A DNA stretch of 63,159 nucleotides, the filler included, from Octopus bimaculoides (taxonomy: Eukaryota), in assembly GCF_001194135.2 (NCBI RefSeq). It is 6 parts of 5 records of this genome, joined end to end, with 100 filler letters (N's around TTAATTAATTAA, not from the genome) between each part and the next. Parts side by side here need not be neighbours in the genome. Positions count along the whole stretch, not along the records: positions 15,934 to 39,206 come from NC_068991.1; 5 more parts are not named here. One strand, given 5' to 3'. A program made the position numbers and the translations under genes. The notes beneath the pieces are model-generated. The model did no database searches and was not told where the DNA came from. It was given only the letters and a program-made list of their open reading frames with translations. This document shows positions 23,737 to 36,700 of this stretch, piece by piece (position 1 is the first letter of the stretch; every line of letters begins with the position of its first letter).

Positions 23737-23973
23737 CTATATATGTGTGTGTGTATATGTTTGTGTGTCTGTGTTTGTTCCCCCAACATCGCTTGACAAC
23801 CGATGCTGGTGTGTCTACGTCCCCGTAACCTAGCGGTTCGGCTAAAGAGACCGATAGAATAAGTACTAGGCTTACAAAGAATAAGTCCTGGGGTCGATTA
23901 GTTCGACTAAAAAGGCGGTGCTCCAGCATGGCCACAGTCAAATGTCTGAAACAAGTAAAAGAGTAAAAGAGTA
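23515..23973 (+). mobile_element. Near-consensus full-length SINE family A
   Basis: tRNA-like head (GTGGCTGTGTGGTAAG; GGGTTCAGTCCC), CORE-like GGCACCTTGGGCAAGTGTCTTCTACTATAGCCTC, internal (TA)n/(TG)n, tail ending (GTAAAAGA)n. Confidence 0.9.
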
Positions 23974-24396
23974 TATATAGATGTAATTCGAGAGTGGAAG
24001 ACAAATGTAGAAAAAAGAAAAAAAAGTAAAAAGGAAGGCGTACCGAATCATTCACTGAAGGTAATGGGTTGGGTATATGAAGAGTGGACAAAGAAAAATA
24101 GAAATGAAAGAGTGACATTTGATATTAGCAGCCGCGAAATGGTGAAACTAAACAAAGATTTGGTATTTTAGCTAATAAAGACACTATGGACTAATGAATA
24201 TAAAAACGTCATCTGTGAATGGTACAGTAGTAGCTGCTGATGATAGAATTCTTTGTTATTGTTTGTGATGGGTCGTTAAGTTGTCAGCGTAAGTGAGATG
24301 GTAGTGGTGGAGTACTGATACTAAAGTTAACAGCCCGTAATGCTAAACCTTCACATGAATGTTCGATATTCTAAATGGCTCAAGAAAACAATAAAC

Positions 24397-24455
<59 letters not shown>

Positions 24456-24752
24456 GATAATGATAAAATACAATCAAAACAATAAATAGAAAATGTTATA
24501 AATTGTGTGAGTATCTTTCTTTTACGTGATTGGTTGGTGTTTATGTAGATGGGAGTACAGACGTTAGAACCAACAGCCTGTAATGATATTAATAAGAGTT
24601 GAGGGAAATTGTCCAAGATCGAATGCTAATACTCAAGAGACCTTTCTAGAGCATTTTCAGATGAATCTACACATTGTGTATGTACATTTGTATGTGTAGA
24701 TATGGGTAGGAACATATGTATGCACATATTTATGTCTTTATGTGTATGAATT

Positions 24753-24821
<69 letters not shown>

Positions 24822-26844
24822 GTCTTTATGTTTATGTACATATGTGCATATGTATATTTGAATATACGAATATATAGGTGTTTCTCTGTGTGTGTGTGTG
24901 TGTGTGTGTATGCACGGATGTATGCGCGAGTGTTCGTTTTTGATCTTATATGTTTAATGCTATAGTGTATTAATGAGGCAAGTATGTAGTAGTATCTTGT
25001 TGTTATTGTTGTTCTCCACCACTACCGCACTTAAAGCGTTTTCGTCACTTAGCAACAAATGTAATTTGTTAAGTTTTTTTTCACTGTTTTAAATGCTTTA
25101 TATATTTGTATTTTACTCCACGTTTTGTATCTTTTATTATTGATTTTTACTGTATTGTAGCGTTTCCTTTTTCATATTTTTTGTTACTTTTCTTTATGAT
25201 CAGTTTTTAGTTGATAGGAATTATTGATTTCTTACATTAGTACTACGCCATACATTTCTAATAAACTGAGATAGTCGTTTGACTCGATTCTAGTACATTA
25301 CTGGTATTTATAGATTGTTATTGCTGTTTAAGCTCAGACAATCAATTCTGATCAAGCAGGGCCGAGTTTGATCAATATGGCATATCATTTCGATCGTGAC
25401 ATGCCATTTTATTTTCTAAATATCCAAATGGTTAAGACGGCCGTTTGATCCACCTGCGTGACATCCCGGGCAAGTGTTTTTTTTTTTTTTTACCATAGCC
25501 ACAGTTCAATCCAAGCTGTTTATGTAATTCAAAGGTCACACACTACATCACGCTGATTCTGCCGAAGGAATACGTTTAGGGTGCTTTGGAATATTACACT
25601 CAATGAGTAGGTAATTCAGCTAATCGAACAACTGAATACTCACCGTCGCAACACATAAGGATACAGTTTTACATCTTTGCCTGTAGTAACCAATGTGTCC
25701 TTTTTTTTTTCAAGGCCATAGGATGTGATATGAAAGAAATGTTGATGCTATATCTAGCTTTTTCTTTGTCTAGTAATTATTTTATCGACTAGGTGAGATT
25801 TGAACTCAGAACACGTAAACAGCTTTTAGTCCAGCATATGTCATTCCTCATTTAACAGGTATAAAACGTGAATAGTATTGGCAAAAACAAGTCAAAAACG
25901 TGAATAGTATTTGCAAAAAGAAAGAAAAAAAAAAGAAAACAGTAAAAACACAAAGGAAAAATTTAGAGAAAGAGAAACATTTTATTTATCTGGTGAGAAT
26001 AGGAACTGAGTCTCTATTATTCATATTTATTCTAATATCAATATTCATACTTCCAAGTGAATTTTGAGGATATATCCACGTGTATAGTAGATATACGTAA
26101 TTTTAGTTTTACTTTAGATTATGTATCGCATAAATATATGTACAAGCGTGTGTGTGTGTGTGTGTGTGTACCAACCTATGATATTATTGTTTGTCGTGAC
26201 ATATTTTCGGTTACTCTTTCAACAATCTGAACTATGGGACGAAACCAAGACAATCGAAATCTTATCGAAGACATAATTCACATCTTTAATATAATGAAAC
26301 AGTATCATGGACAGATATAGATTATGTATCAAAACAGAAATATAAATACGTGTAATTTCCGCGGCTCACACGGCTATGTATAATGCTCATAGTTTTTAAA
26401 CCGGCAGAGCACGCACGTTCTATAAAACGTTTTGTGCATAAGTAATGTGCATATATAAATTCAATGCGTCTTTTTTGGATGAATCAATAGCGAAGTGACA
26501 ACAGCAGTTGGCATGATAACAACGTTATTACTACCACTCGCTGTACCCTATAACCGGAACTTGTATTTAAAAAACTGTATATTTTTATGCAACTCCTTCT
26601 GTCACTAATGAGAGTTAACTAACAATCAAAACATAATACCATGTCAAGTGTAAATTGGCACATACATTTTAATATTGATATTTGTTTACTTTAGCGTATT
26701 TCCAACGCCTAAGATAGTTTAAACTAGTTCTATTTTATTTTGGGTATCTGTATCCGATGCATAAAAATATATTGAAAAAAACATCTATTGGGATATATGT
26801 CTGCGCATGTCTTTGTTAATGTGTGCGCGCGTCTGTGTCTGAAT

Positions 26845-26895
<51 letters not shown>

Positions 26896-27074
26896 NNNNN
26901 NNNNNNNNNNNNNNNNNNNNNNNNNNNNNNNNNNNNNNNNNNNNNNNNNNNNNNNNNNNNNNNNNNNNNNNNNNNNNNNNNNNNNNNNNNNNNNNNNNNN
27001 NNNNNNNNNNNNNNNNNNNNNNNNNNNNNNNNNNNNNNNNNNNNNNNNNNNATGTTGTTTTCACTGTCCAATTT

Positions 27075-27290
27075 TTCCTGTCTTGGTTTGTGTTTGCCAC
27101 CTTGGAATCCTCTGTGTAGTGGGTTGATCCACTACTCAGGAAGAGACTATTCTAGAGTACGTTCTGTCTTATCTTCGAAACGTCTAGATAGAATAGAGAC
27201 AGCTGATGAAGGGATATTCCAAGTGGCTTTCCGTTTTCCTATGTGTTCGTTCCGTTGTCTGTAGTTTATTGTTCTAACGTCCTGTACCCT
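27075..27290 (+). repeat. Interspersed repeat with CTTCGAAAC...AGCTGATGAAGGG motif (copy 2)
   Basis: Aligns by eye to 8941-9150. Confidence 0.55.
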
Positions 27291-27366
27291 GATATGCATA
27301 TATATACACATGTAGATGTAAGTATGTACATATATGTGTGTATACATGTATATATATTCTTTGTAT

Positions 27367-27402
<36 letters not shown>

Positions 27403-27462
27403 TTATTATATATATAAACATAACTATGTATATATATATGTATATATGTGTATATATGTCTG

Positions 27463-27518
<56 letters not shown>

Positions 27519-28222
27519 ACTATCTATCTATCTATCTATCTATCTGTCTGTCTGTATGTATGTCTGTCTTTTCGGAATAGTTCTCATTCATACATGCTTT
27601 ATTTTTGTAAATACGATCGTTTTTTGTTAATGTTTTTCTCATACTTCATGTTAGTACTCAGTTTAGTTTGCAAGAAATAACTTTCTTGTATAAACGTTTT
27701 AAGACATTTTCGGTGTTACCTTCTGGAAAATATTGATATCATTGATATTAATCATTGTTGTCTTTTTATAGCAGGCAGCAAGGATAATGGAAATGATATT
27801 GTTACTGAAGACATAATCATCACTGGATTTAAAATTTTGACCTTTAGCCCCATTAAACTTTCCTTATTATAAAGTGTCCATTGCTAATCTAAATTTTTGT
27901 GGAGTTCTATATCGAATGGTGGCGTCTTCAACAAGTGTTCTCTATCCAGTTCTATTTTGTGTTCTTGGTGGTGTAACATTAGAATATACTTTTTCCTTCT
28001 CTCCGAAATTTGTGGCATTCTACCACGTTGAAAAATCATTGTCTTTCTTTTGTGCTTATACGCCTGTGTATTTCCTTCAAATATCATCTATAGTTTAGCT
28101 TCGTAGAAATGTCTACTGTTTGTTCTGGAGAATTCAATTCCAGTTAAAGGTCCATTTTCCTAATGATTTATACGAGAGCACAGTTGTTGATTGCAGAATT
28201 ATGAGAGTTAAATCCATATTCA

Positions 28223-28400
28223 CACAGGCATAGTTATGAGGTTAAACAGCTGGCTTCGAAATTATGTGGTCCTGGATCTGAACACACAAGTATAGCATTT
28301 TAGTTAGATCTCTTCCATTGGAGCCCCATGAGTGAAATTTGGCTGACCAAAGCATTGAGAAAAAAATTTGTTAGACGGAAAGTGTGAGAAGGCCTGACGG
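28223..28400 (+). mobile_element. Diverged SINE family A head
   Basis: GGCTGACCAAAGCATTGAGA...TTAGACGGAAAGTG matches family A. Confidence 0.55.
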
Positions 28401-28803
28401 ACACACACACACACACGTCGTACTCATCACATTTTCTGTTTCCATGCTAGGGAAGGAAGATTTGCAGGTGAAAATTGACAAGCGTTCCATTTAAAGCCGT
28501 AAGCCTATATTACAACGGTATATCATAAAGTTTTCATCTAGCCATGCAAGATATTTCGGTGATGATATCGAATACTTAGACAAGGGTCACAAAATTTGAG
28601 GAAAAAACCGTCAGAGGAGCAAGAGAAGCTTAACGTCAGATATGTAGTCTTATAATCCTGCCTAGTAATTCTTGTAAACAGTACACACATGCGCGCGCGC
28701 ACACACACACAGAGACACACACACACAGACACACACACACACACGCACATACACGACACACGTACCTAGAATCATATACATATATATATGTACATACATA
28801 CAT

Positions 28804-28844
<41 letters not shown>

Positions 28845-28866
28845 TGTGTGCGTGTATATGTATATA

Positions 28867-28939
<73 letters not shown>

Positions 28940-29273
28940 GCGTGTATGTGTGTGTGTGTGTGTGTGTGCATGTGTGTGCACGCGCGTGTGTGTGCGTGTG
29001 TGCGTTCGTGTGTGCGTGCTTGTGTGCAAGTCAGGGAATTTAACCCAAAATTGCTTGAACGTGCATAAATTGTAAACTCTCTCTCTCTATATGTATATAT
29101 GTATATATGCATAAAATAAAGCATATTATTGTACCTCCGGTATTCGAGTAGTATCCTTTCCACCTTGTTTCACATTTATGTGCTTGCTCTGGTGTATATA
29201 TATATATAGGACATCATGTATGGAGCACATTCTTTTTTAAGCTAAAACAGACAAACTTATCTACACACACACG

Positions 29274-29315
<42 letters not shown>

Positions 29316-29784
29316 TGTATGTGTAATACATCTTAGTGAAACTGGATTACGTTTCCGAATTCGTTTAATCTCCTTTGCACCGACTGTACATATAAGCAGA
29401 TTGGCTCAATACAAATTTTGGTTAACTATAGGGTGCAACGGATGTAAAAGAGCATTAAACCCATGGTTTGGATGAATAACCCTATTTATTTTAGATATGA
29501 CAAATACATTCAGCAAATCTCTGAGCTTCTTTATGTCTATTTTGGGATGATCATTTTATAATGTTTCGATCAGATTCCTTTATTGGTGAAAGATTAAAGT
29601 GTTTTGTGTCCTTCATCAATGGAAATATTTCCACATTGCATGGACTAAAAGTACCAACCGTTGGAAAATTCTTCCCAGTAATTTATAAACTGTAAAAGAA
29701 AACATTTTACATTAACAATAAAACAATTTTTGCCGATCCACACTACCATTACTTTCCTTGGATCCTGTTCTTAAACCCACATCA

Positions 29785-29835
<51 letters not shown>

Positions 29836-29924
29836 CTATCTATCTGCATGTCTGCTTGCATGCCTGCTGCCACTCTGTCTGCGCGCGCGCGTATGTGTGT
29901 TTGTCTATGTGTTGATTGCTACTT

Positions 29925-30740
29925 ATTGCCATCTCGTAATTGAGTTTGCACAATCATGTGCACACAGATGGCATTTCAGCCCAGCTTTCATTCTGCAATA
30001 ACATTCGCAGATGTGACATTTAACTCTCTTTTCAGAACGAATGTACCGTGGTGCATGTGGCGGTAGACCCATTTCACAAGCAGCTCAATCTCTACCCGGA
30101 CATGTGACTTTAGAAACCCACTCCTTGGGTGGAGAAATCTTCAACGCGCATTACATCTCAATCCCTGTCGGGTTTCTACAGTTACTCTATTTGGGTCCCT
30201 CTTGCGGAGCGAACGGTTCAAAACAGCGTGCTCCATTTGCTTTTTTTCAAAGACGTCACATCTGTACTTGATAGTCTCTCTCCATGATGTATGGCTGTCA
30301 GCCAATGTCTCCCAGATATCATTGTCGATCTCCAGAACTTTATGGTTGCCTTTTATGATATCCTCAAGTCGCTTTTCAAGTTTATGCTGAGGCCTTTTCC
30401 CCTTGGTTAGCTCTCCATAAAATTTCAACATGGGCAGCTGATGACATGATAAGCCCAACGCATTTGGTTCAAAACTATCCCTTCCTCAATAGTGGTGTTG
30501 CTAGCTTTCTTAATTACACTGATATTAGGTGTGTAAGAGGACCACTTTGTGTTTAGGATATGCCGGATACAATGCTAATGGAACCTTTACAACTGTAAGC
30601 TGGAAAGGTTTCGCATCCATATAATTGAGTTTAACACAGGTTTCATACACAGCGAGCATCGTGTCTCTCGTGACGGCCCGACCTGACCAGGCCTCGCATC
30701 TTGAGTTTCCCGAAAGTAGTACAAACTTTCGCAATCCTAT
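29925..30740 (-). mobile_element. RTE-clade LINE 3' end with two C2H2 fingers (same family type as 12270-12864)
   Basis: TMLAVYETCV / LYGCETF / RHILNTKWSSYTPN / NQMRWAYHVI / FYGELTKGKRPQHKLEKRLED...WETLADSHTSWR; fingers CNAR*...KSHVRV (decayed) and CHIC-x12-HLCAH (29956-30018). Confidence 0.8.
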
Positions 30741-30962
30741 AATTTATACATGCTACCATATGCGTGTGTGCGTGTGCGTGCGTGCGTGTGTGTGTGTATG
30801 TGTGTGTGGTGTGTGGTGTGTGTGTATATGTATGCACGTGTATGTGTATGCACCAATGTGTGTGTAAACATATAAATAGAAACAAGGAGGAAGAAATAAG
30901 ATTACTCAATACTAAAAGTAGACCGATATAATTTTGTTGGGGCCTTTAACTTCACACAATGA

Positions 30963-30998
30963 TACTCCGAGTTTCTAGTTATACATCTTCAGACGGTT
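30963..30998 (-). ncRNA. Hammerhead core lacking the 3' strand of stem I
   Basis: AACCGU CUGAAGA UGUAUAACUA GAA ACUC-G-GAGU A; the sequence after GUA does not pair with AACCGU. Confidence 0.45.
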
Positions 30999-31884
30999 CT
31001 ATTTGTCATAATCGTCTGAGGTTCGGCAGCGAGAAATTTGGAGTAACGATTTATGAAGATTTAGTCTCGTATATATATATATACAAAGCAACCACTCAAT
31101 GGCTTGTCTCTAGGCTCGAAGGCAGTTTATTTGATACAGTCGATAGGTTATTGTCATTTAGACTCATGTCAGCATTAATCAAGCATCCCTATAACAAAGA
31201 CACATCATTCGTGCCCATCGCGTTTTTAGGAGTATCTAGTCAAGGGAGAAGTTCCTACGAGTACATAAGATAATTTATCCTTCCACTCTCATCTTTTTTA
31301 AAAGACAGGATGTGAATTGAGGGAGGTTCAGTCGCTATTACTAGCAGGCTGAGTAATCATAAAGACTGTCTCTCGCTGTCTTCACTGACTGACTATTAGC
31401 ATCACTTTGTGTCGAATGAGAAATTAAATATAAAAATACGATTTCTGCTCCGATGAAGGGCATTAAATTTTAGTCTACACTTCGTCTCACGGCACATCCA
31501 CAATACAAACACCCCAACAATTTAAAGATCGTCTCCTCCAGTTTTCTTTTTCCCCCGCTAAGAATAAATCTGTCGTCTTCTCAAACAAACTGCTTGTGAA
31601 ATAAAATCCATAATATGTTTCTCCTCTTCCTGTTCTTATGCTGCCGCCACTACTACTGCTGCTACTACTACTACTACTACTACTTGAAATACGTCGGTTA
31701 CTTTCAACAAGCGACGATCAATGACACTTTGAATGCTAGGCTTTCCTGTAGTTCAATGTAGGCCATCTCAGAGAACTGAATACTTAACAAGTAAACAATC
31801 AAATCAGCAAACACACAAAGTAGGTTTTAGTAGAAGTAGAGGTGGCAGTATTAGTAGCATTGCCGTTGTTACTCTTACTACTAA

Positions 31885-31894
31885 TGCTGCTTCA

Positions 31895-31985
<91 letters not shown>

Positions 31986-32000
31986 CTGCTGCTGCTGCTG

Positions 32001-32065
<65 letters not shown>
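31885..32065. repeat. Compound (CTA)n(CTG)n(CTA)n microsatellite
   Basis: Direct observation. Confidence 0.95.
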
Positions 32066-32066
<1 letters not shown>

Positions 32067-33189
32067 TTTTTACTGCTGTTGCTGATAATATTGGTAATGA
32101 TGATAATAATGATGAGGGGAGGATGATTCTTACGCACAAACCACTCAGATCAGGTAGGAGAGAGATTAATCAAGTGAATTGGACCGAGTACATTACCGGT
32201 ATTTAATTTATCAATCCAGAGAAAAAGAGGGAATAAAGAGGAAAGTGGGATTCAAATTGATATCGTTAACGACAGCTTCAACAAGAAAACAACAAAAAAC
32301 GATAAGATTATCCCTCTTCTTCAGAAAACCGAATTTTAAAAAAATGATGCCAAGAGAAAGTTAACTATACAACCATAGCAAGTACCACACAATGTTGTAT
32401 AAGTCATCCTTACCAAACTTCGTTTTGGAATGGACTCTTCCAATTCTCTGATGTAACGTATGAACCCGAAGAGTGTAGAGTACATTTAAAAGGAAGAGTT
32501 TTACGATCCATTCACTTCTTAAAAGTGTAATCGATGTGAATTAAGATATTGATGAAAGAGTTGCACCGAGAGCAACATGATTGAAACAGGAAAAAAATTA
32601 TGGCTGAGCGGTGTTGCGATCATCAAATTAGAAAATATAACAGATTATAATAGCGAAAATGACACTATGAATAAGATCATATAACTGGTACCTATCAATG
32701 TAATCTGTGTAATAGCCAAAAACATAAAATGAAGTCAATTAGATGAAGTAATAGCTTTTCTATCTGTTTCCCTGTATTTGGCTATCGACCAGCAGACGTA
32801 CCCTAAAGAAACAAAACTGTTATAGTGTTAGAGACGGAGAGAAGGCGAAAGCAGATTTAGATTTTTGCTCTGTAGCAAAGAATAGATTAATTATATAACA
32901 TCATCAAAACTGATACGAACATAATTTCAGGAAGGAAAATAGAAAACTCAACAAGGCGAAACGAAAATAACTTTATACTGGACCATGCAGAAAAAAAAAA
33001 AAACCTCCTGAAATTTTGGCGACCGAATACAGTAGTAGAACTATCAGTGTCCATGCATATTATTGTTCATCATTCTAGAACAACATTAAGGTTAAGAACA
33101 ACAACGCAAGTCATCATTTTAGTCATCAATTAGTCATCTTTTGCTATGAATTATCTGCAGTATAATGTAGAGAGTACTATAATGTAGAC

Positions 33190-33833
33190 TGCTATCATAG
33201 GGAAATTACAAAACCTATTACCTTACACAGTTTGCTTATTTTGTTCACCATGACCATATCCAGTCTTTGCATTAATAATATGGTCAGACTTTATGGGGAA
33301 ATCCCACAAGATCTTGTAATTCTCCTTTTATATCACAGCCTCAGGTTCGTGCTCTTACTAATTTTCTGTTATTTTGAAGACACACACTCAGGTAACATCC
33401 CAATGTACTATTTTTCCCACCAAGTCATTTCTACGTTTATACTCCTTTTCTGCTAGTACACTGCACTCACTCAAAAGGTGATTGCTATTTTCGTCTCTTT
33501 TCCTGCGCTGTCTGACTGGATTTTGTCGATCTTTACTTTTATCAGGTTTGTTCTAAGGGCTTGTTCCTGAGCAGTTATAATTAGCATTTCTGTTTTCGTT
33601 TCAAGTTCCCATCCGTCAACAAGAGCCTTCCGACATTCTCTGTTAGCTGCATGAATTCGCCATGTAGTTCCATTTATTCCATGTACTTCCATCTGTTTGC
33701 TCTGTTGTTCTTCCTTTCCTCTTTGAATTCGACTGTTTCGGTCACTTTTTGGGTATCACTGGCTGCCGTTAGTATCCTTTCTTTACTCTGCACAACATAA
33801 TTTTCTAGACCCAGTATCGCATTATTCAGCGCT
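33190..33833 (-). mobile_element. R4/Dong-like LINE fragment B (post-RT to RLE)
   Basis: AILGLENYVVQSKERILTAA...ETKTEMLIITAQEQALRTNLIKVKIDKIQSDS...SECSVLAEKEYKRR...ENYKILWDFPIKSDHII. Confidence 0.8.
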
Positions 33834-33834
33834 T

Positions 33835-34447
33835 ATCATCATCATCATCATTCTGAAAGAATCTCGGATAGTTCTTAATTACCGGTTATTCTTTACTTGA
33901 AAACAGGCAATAATAACAAATCACCAAAGGTTTCAAGTAGTGCCTTCTCCTGTGACTCAAAGAGATAATACTCTCCTTAGAATGCGGGCTGTACCCAACA
34001 ATGCTGTCTTCTGGATCACCTCGAGCCTAACAGCAGCTCCAATATTCTTAATATGTTTTTCAAAGCCCTTGGAAACTGCCCCTAATGCTCCAATTACCAC
34101 CGGTATCACCATTACTTTCCTCACACCCCATGACTTTCCTATGTCGTCCCGCAATGGCTGGTATTTCTAAATCTTTTCTGTTTCCTTACTACATTTCACA
34201 TTCGAATCGCCTGGTATTGCAGCATCTGTTACTTTGAACACGATATCTGGTCGTCTCGCCTCTATGACTTGGTCGCACTTCATATTAAAATCCCGGAGTA
34301 TTTTGTAATGTTCGTTTTCCATTATGCCCTCTGGCTTGTGTTCATACCATTGTTCGGCTCTCTCGAGGTTTGCTTTATTACACTACAGCCAGTGGACATA
34401 TCTGGCCACATTGTCGTATCTCCTTTTGTATTCGCGTTGTGCGAGCC
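33835..34447 (-). mobile_element. R4/Dong-like LINE 3' end with RLE domain, 3' UTR and (GAT)n tail
   Basis: LAQREYKRRYDNVARYVHW...WYEHKPEG...ARRPDIV...DAAIPGD...EKI*KYQPLR...VIPVVIGALGAV...QKTALLGTARILRRVLSL*. Confidence 0.9.
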
Positions 34448-34562
34448 TTTTTATTATTATTATTATCATTGTTATTACTACTTTGGTAGAAATTAGAGAA
34501 CACTTGTCACCTTTAAAACACATATGTGACAAATTAATTCTTATGTATACAAATATAATTCA

Positions 34563-34668
34563 AGGCAACCAGCTGGCAGAATCGTTAGCACGCCGAGCAA
34601 ACTGCCTAGCGGCATTTCATCCGTCTTTATGTTCTGAGTTCAAATTCCTCTGAGATCGACTTTGCAAA
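34563..34668 (+). mobile_element. SINE family B head
   Basis: AGCTGGCAGAATCGTTAGCACGCC...GAGTTCAAATTCC. Confidence 0.8.
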
Positions 34669-34674
34669 GCCTTG

Positions 34675-35110
34675 TACATTGTTCATTATTTTCCAAGGCT
34701 TTCGATCAATATCTTGCAGTTCCACTTCACAAAACCTACCACAACCCTTAAATTTATTGCCTTTACAATGTTTCCAGAATTTAACTTAGATTTCAGTATC
34801 AACTCGATCTTTCTAAAAAACTCCTTAAAAATGGTTTCCTTAATTTCTCTTTTTTTTTTAATGTTATCTGATTGCAAAATTCCTAACTATTTGTATCCTT
34901 GACTTTCTTCTAAACATGATTATTTAGCTGTTTAAGTCCTTAACTTCGCTTTACCTTCCCTCGCTTCAGTATCAAAATGGCACATTCACTGATACCAAAT
35001 TCCATGCCTATGTCATTACTGAAAATTCTTACTGTGTCCACCAGTATGTCAAATTGATCTTCATTTCCCTCATAATGTTGCAAATCGTCCATCATGTATA
35101 GTAAACCACA
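34675..35110 (-). mobile_element. R4/Dong-like LINE RT fragment (YMDD region and post-RT)
   Basis: LLYMMDDLQHY...VDTVRIFSNDIGMEFGISECAILILKRGK...KEFFRKIELILKSKLNSGNIVKAIN. Confidence 0.85.
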
Positions 35111-35125
35111 TTATTGTCATTAATA

Positions 35126-35290
35126 AGGTGACGAGCTGGCAGAATCGTTTGCACACTGGACAAAATGCTTAGATACATTTCGTCCGTCTTTACATTTTGA
35201 GTTCAAATTCTTTCGGGGTCACTGGGAGTGGGGGTGGGGGTCGATGTAGTCGACTCACCCTCTCCCCGAATATGCTGGCGTTGTTATCAT
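35126..35290 (+). mobile_element. SINE family B (internally deleted)
   Basis: GGTGACGAGCTGGCAGAATCG...GAGTTCAAATTC...GGGGTCGATGTAGTCGACT. Confidence 0.75.
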
Positions 35291-35459
35291 TAAGTTTCCA
35301 GTCATTCTTAATACATAATTCCCTGTCAACTTATTTGTTTTTAGCATTACCATTTGCTATTTCTGTTCTTACACACACACACACACACACAGACATTGTG
35401 TATGGGTGTGTGTGTATAAACAGAAATGAGTTAAGAGAAATAACTCAGAATAACTACTG

Positions 35460-35556
<97 letters not shown>

Positions 35557-35660
35557 ACAGTATACACAACTTCAGCACCCATTCCTGAAAAATATGGGAG
35601 AGATATGTGAAGACAGATAGAGAGGAGAGATAAGATCTGTTGATAATATTCTTTTCTAAT

Positions 35661-35886
35661 AAAGGCACAAGGCCTGAAATTTTTGGGAAGGGGTACTGGC
35701 TGATTACATTGACCTAGTGTTTCACTGGTACTTACTTTATCGACTCCGAAGGGATGAAACGCAAAAGCAACCCCAAAGCCGGAATTTTGACCGCAAAGTC
35801 AGAATTTGAACTTAGAACGTAAAGACGGACGAAATGCCGCTAAGCGTTTGCCCGGTGTGCTAACGAATCTGCTAGCTCGCCACCTT
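35661..35886 (-). mobile_element. SINE family B, near full length
   Basis: Reverse complement of GGTGGCGAGCTAGCAGATTCGTTAGCACACCGGGC...AAGTTCAAATTC. Confidence 0.8.
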
Positions 35887-35915
35887 ATATGTTGATAATA
35901 ATAATAATAATAATA

Positions 35916-35950
<35 letters not shown>

Positions 35951-36045
35951 AATAATAATAATAATATTTATAATAAAACAAAGTGGGTTACAAAGGAAAT
36001 GCGTACGCTAGTAGAAAGAAATTCTTAACTGCTATTGTTGCTGTC

Positions 36046-36119
<74 letters not shown>

Positions 36120-36369
36120 ATCTGCTGCTACTACTGCTGTTGCTGCTGCTGATAATGATGTTGATGATTATGATTATTATTTCTAAAAAGCACAAGACCA
36201 CACATTCTAAGTGAGAGTACAGGTAATTTTATAGTGTTTTGATAGTGTTTTATAGTGTTTTTTTGCCTCGTATCTATCTGGTCGATGACTTCTATTTTGA
36301 TGCAGCCAATTTTAGAGCCTCATTACCATCTACACGTTTGGTAAGTTAAATTGTTGTTACAGATTCTTT

Positions 36370-36700
36370 ACCTTGATTGTTGTTGGCGACGAACACTTCT
36401 CTTTTACTTCCTCCAGAGTAGTATGGTCCCTTTCAAAATGAATGACACCGTCTGAAGATAATCAGGCCCTTGCATGTAACTCGACATGTGGTGTGTGGTA
36501 TGATTTCAGTAACTTCTTTATGTGGTCTTCGAAACTCTTTTCTTTGCTCCCCATGGGAAATATTGACCCTCCGTATATAACTATTCTAGGTAGCCTGATC
36601 TTAAGCATCCTGTCTGTTGACGGATCCAAATCAACGAAACTGACTTCTTAAGATGAATTCTTCAACACATGTTCTATTTGCACTTCTTTGGATATCAGTG
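36370..36700 (-). mobile_element. RTE-BovB-like LINE 3' remnant
   Basis: VEEFILRSQFR*FG / RMLKIRLPRIVIYG...KEKSFEDHIKKLLKSYH...DGVIHFE. Confidence 0.65.
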
